A stretch of 15,542 nucleotides of DNA from an uncultured Deinococcales bacterium. GTDB taxonomy: Bacteria > Deinococcota > Deinococci > Deinococcales > JAAFIG01. Shown one piece after another: positions 14,894-15,542 of this stretch. Positions within the stretch are counted from its first letter, which is position 1. Every line of letters begins with the position of its first letter. A model generated the notes under the pieces. It was given only the letters and a program-made list of their open reading frames with translations. It searched no databases and was not told where the DNA came from. Made by a program: the position numbers and the translations under genes. The DNA lies in the NCBI GenBank assembly GCA_964247135.1, contig CAXTTL010000111.1, positions 1-15,542 on the forward strand, in the 5' to 3' direction.

Positions 14894-15541
14894 TCAATTT
14901 CTCAACGGTTTGCCTGTCTTCAATGTGTGCGCGATTCGTTCTTGCGTTTTCTTCTTTCCCGTCAAGGTCAAAAACGCTTCCCGCTCGAGGTCAAGCAGGT
15001 ATTGGGTGCTGACTTGCATGGTGCGGTTGGCTGTCCCGCCACACAAGATTTTCGCCAGGTGTTTTGCCAGTTCCGCATCGTAATCAGAAGCCTGTCTCGA
15101 GAGTTTCAGCGCATCAATGCCAACCATCAAGTTCGCGTATGCCGCCTCACCCAGCGCGGGAATGTCAACTCGAGGTTGCGGTTGAATGTAATTTGGTGCC
15201 AACTCGAGCACTTTTTGTTTGGCGTCGGCAATCAATCGGTCACGGTTCATGGTGATCCCGTCTGAGTTGCGCAAGTACCCCAAAGCTCGAGCCTCCAACG
15301 CGCTGGTGCTGGTTTTGGCGAGCGCGATTTGCTCGAAGGCTTTGCGAATCGCGGCAAATCCGTCTTCGCCTGGAAGCAGCGCGTCGGTAAAACGCGTGAC
15401 CATTTCAGTGGTGCCACCACCAGCAGGAATCAGTCCGACGCCCATTTCGACCAAGCCCATGTAGGTTTCGGCGTGGGCTTGCACGTGGTCGGCGTACAGG
15501 CTCATTTCTGTGCCGCCACCGAGCGCGAGGCTGAACGGTGC
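14894..15541 (-). CDS. fadN: 3-hydroxyacyl-CoA dehydrogenase/enoyl-CoA hydratase (FadN-like), C-terminal part; 5' end outside the window
   Basis: The frame stays open to the window edge: APFSLALGGGTEMSL...ETYMGLVEMGVGLIPAGGG (crotonase motifs) and the FadN-type C-terminus LLDLEREAFL...RIAHTLKTGKPLRN. Confidence 0.9.
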   Translation of the reverse strand, partial: APFSLALGGGTEMSLYADHVQAHAETYMGLVEMGVGLIPAGGGTTEMVTRFTDALLPGEDGFAAIRKAFEQIALAKTSTSALEARALGYLRNSDGITMNRDRLIADAKQKVLELAPNYIQPQPRVDIPALGEAAYANLMVGIDALKLSRQASDYDAELAKHLAKILCGGTANRTMQVSTQYLLDLEREAFLTLTGKKKTQERIAHTLKTGKPLRN

Positions 15542-15542
15542 G

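Overview
Bacterial window in which every credible gene lies on the minus strand. In transcription order (right to left): (i) the 3' end of a fadN-like fatty-acid beta-oxidation gene, then a three-gene insert (antitoxin, RelE-family toxin, very AT-rich HNH-type nuclease), then a fadA-like thiolase and an intrinsic terminator; (ii) a complete Pil-Chp/Tax-like (type IV pilus class) chemosensory cluster: PilH-like CheY, CheW, MCP1, MCP2, a stand-alone MHYT membrane protein, MCP3, a hybrid CheA with two Hpt domains and a receiver, and an atypical receiver-DUF4388 protein, with no cheR/cheB; (iii) a 3' region holding a GTAG-type REP doublet nested within 16-bp inverted repeats, then a bidirectional terminator. 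The most notable observations are an output-less MHYT sensor among receptor genes (one with a NIT-like sensor domain), about 70 copies of the palindrome CTCGAG where about 4 are expected, AT-rich receptor sensor segments grafted onto GC-rich signalling segments, a perfect LacI-type operator upstream of the cluster, and the TA+HNH cassette within the fad operon. A Deinococcota origin is my guess only. All family calls come from motif recognition by eye; no searches were run.
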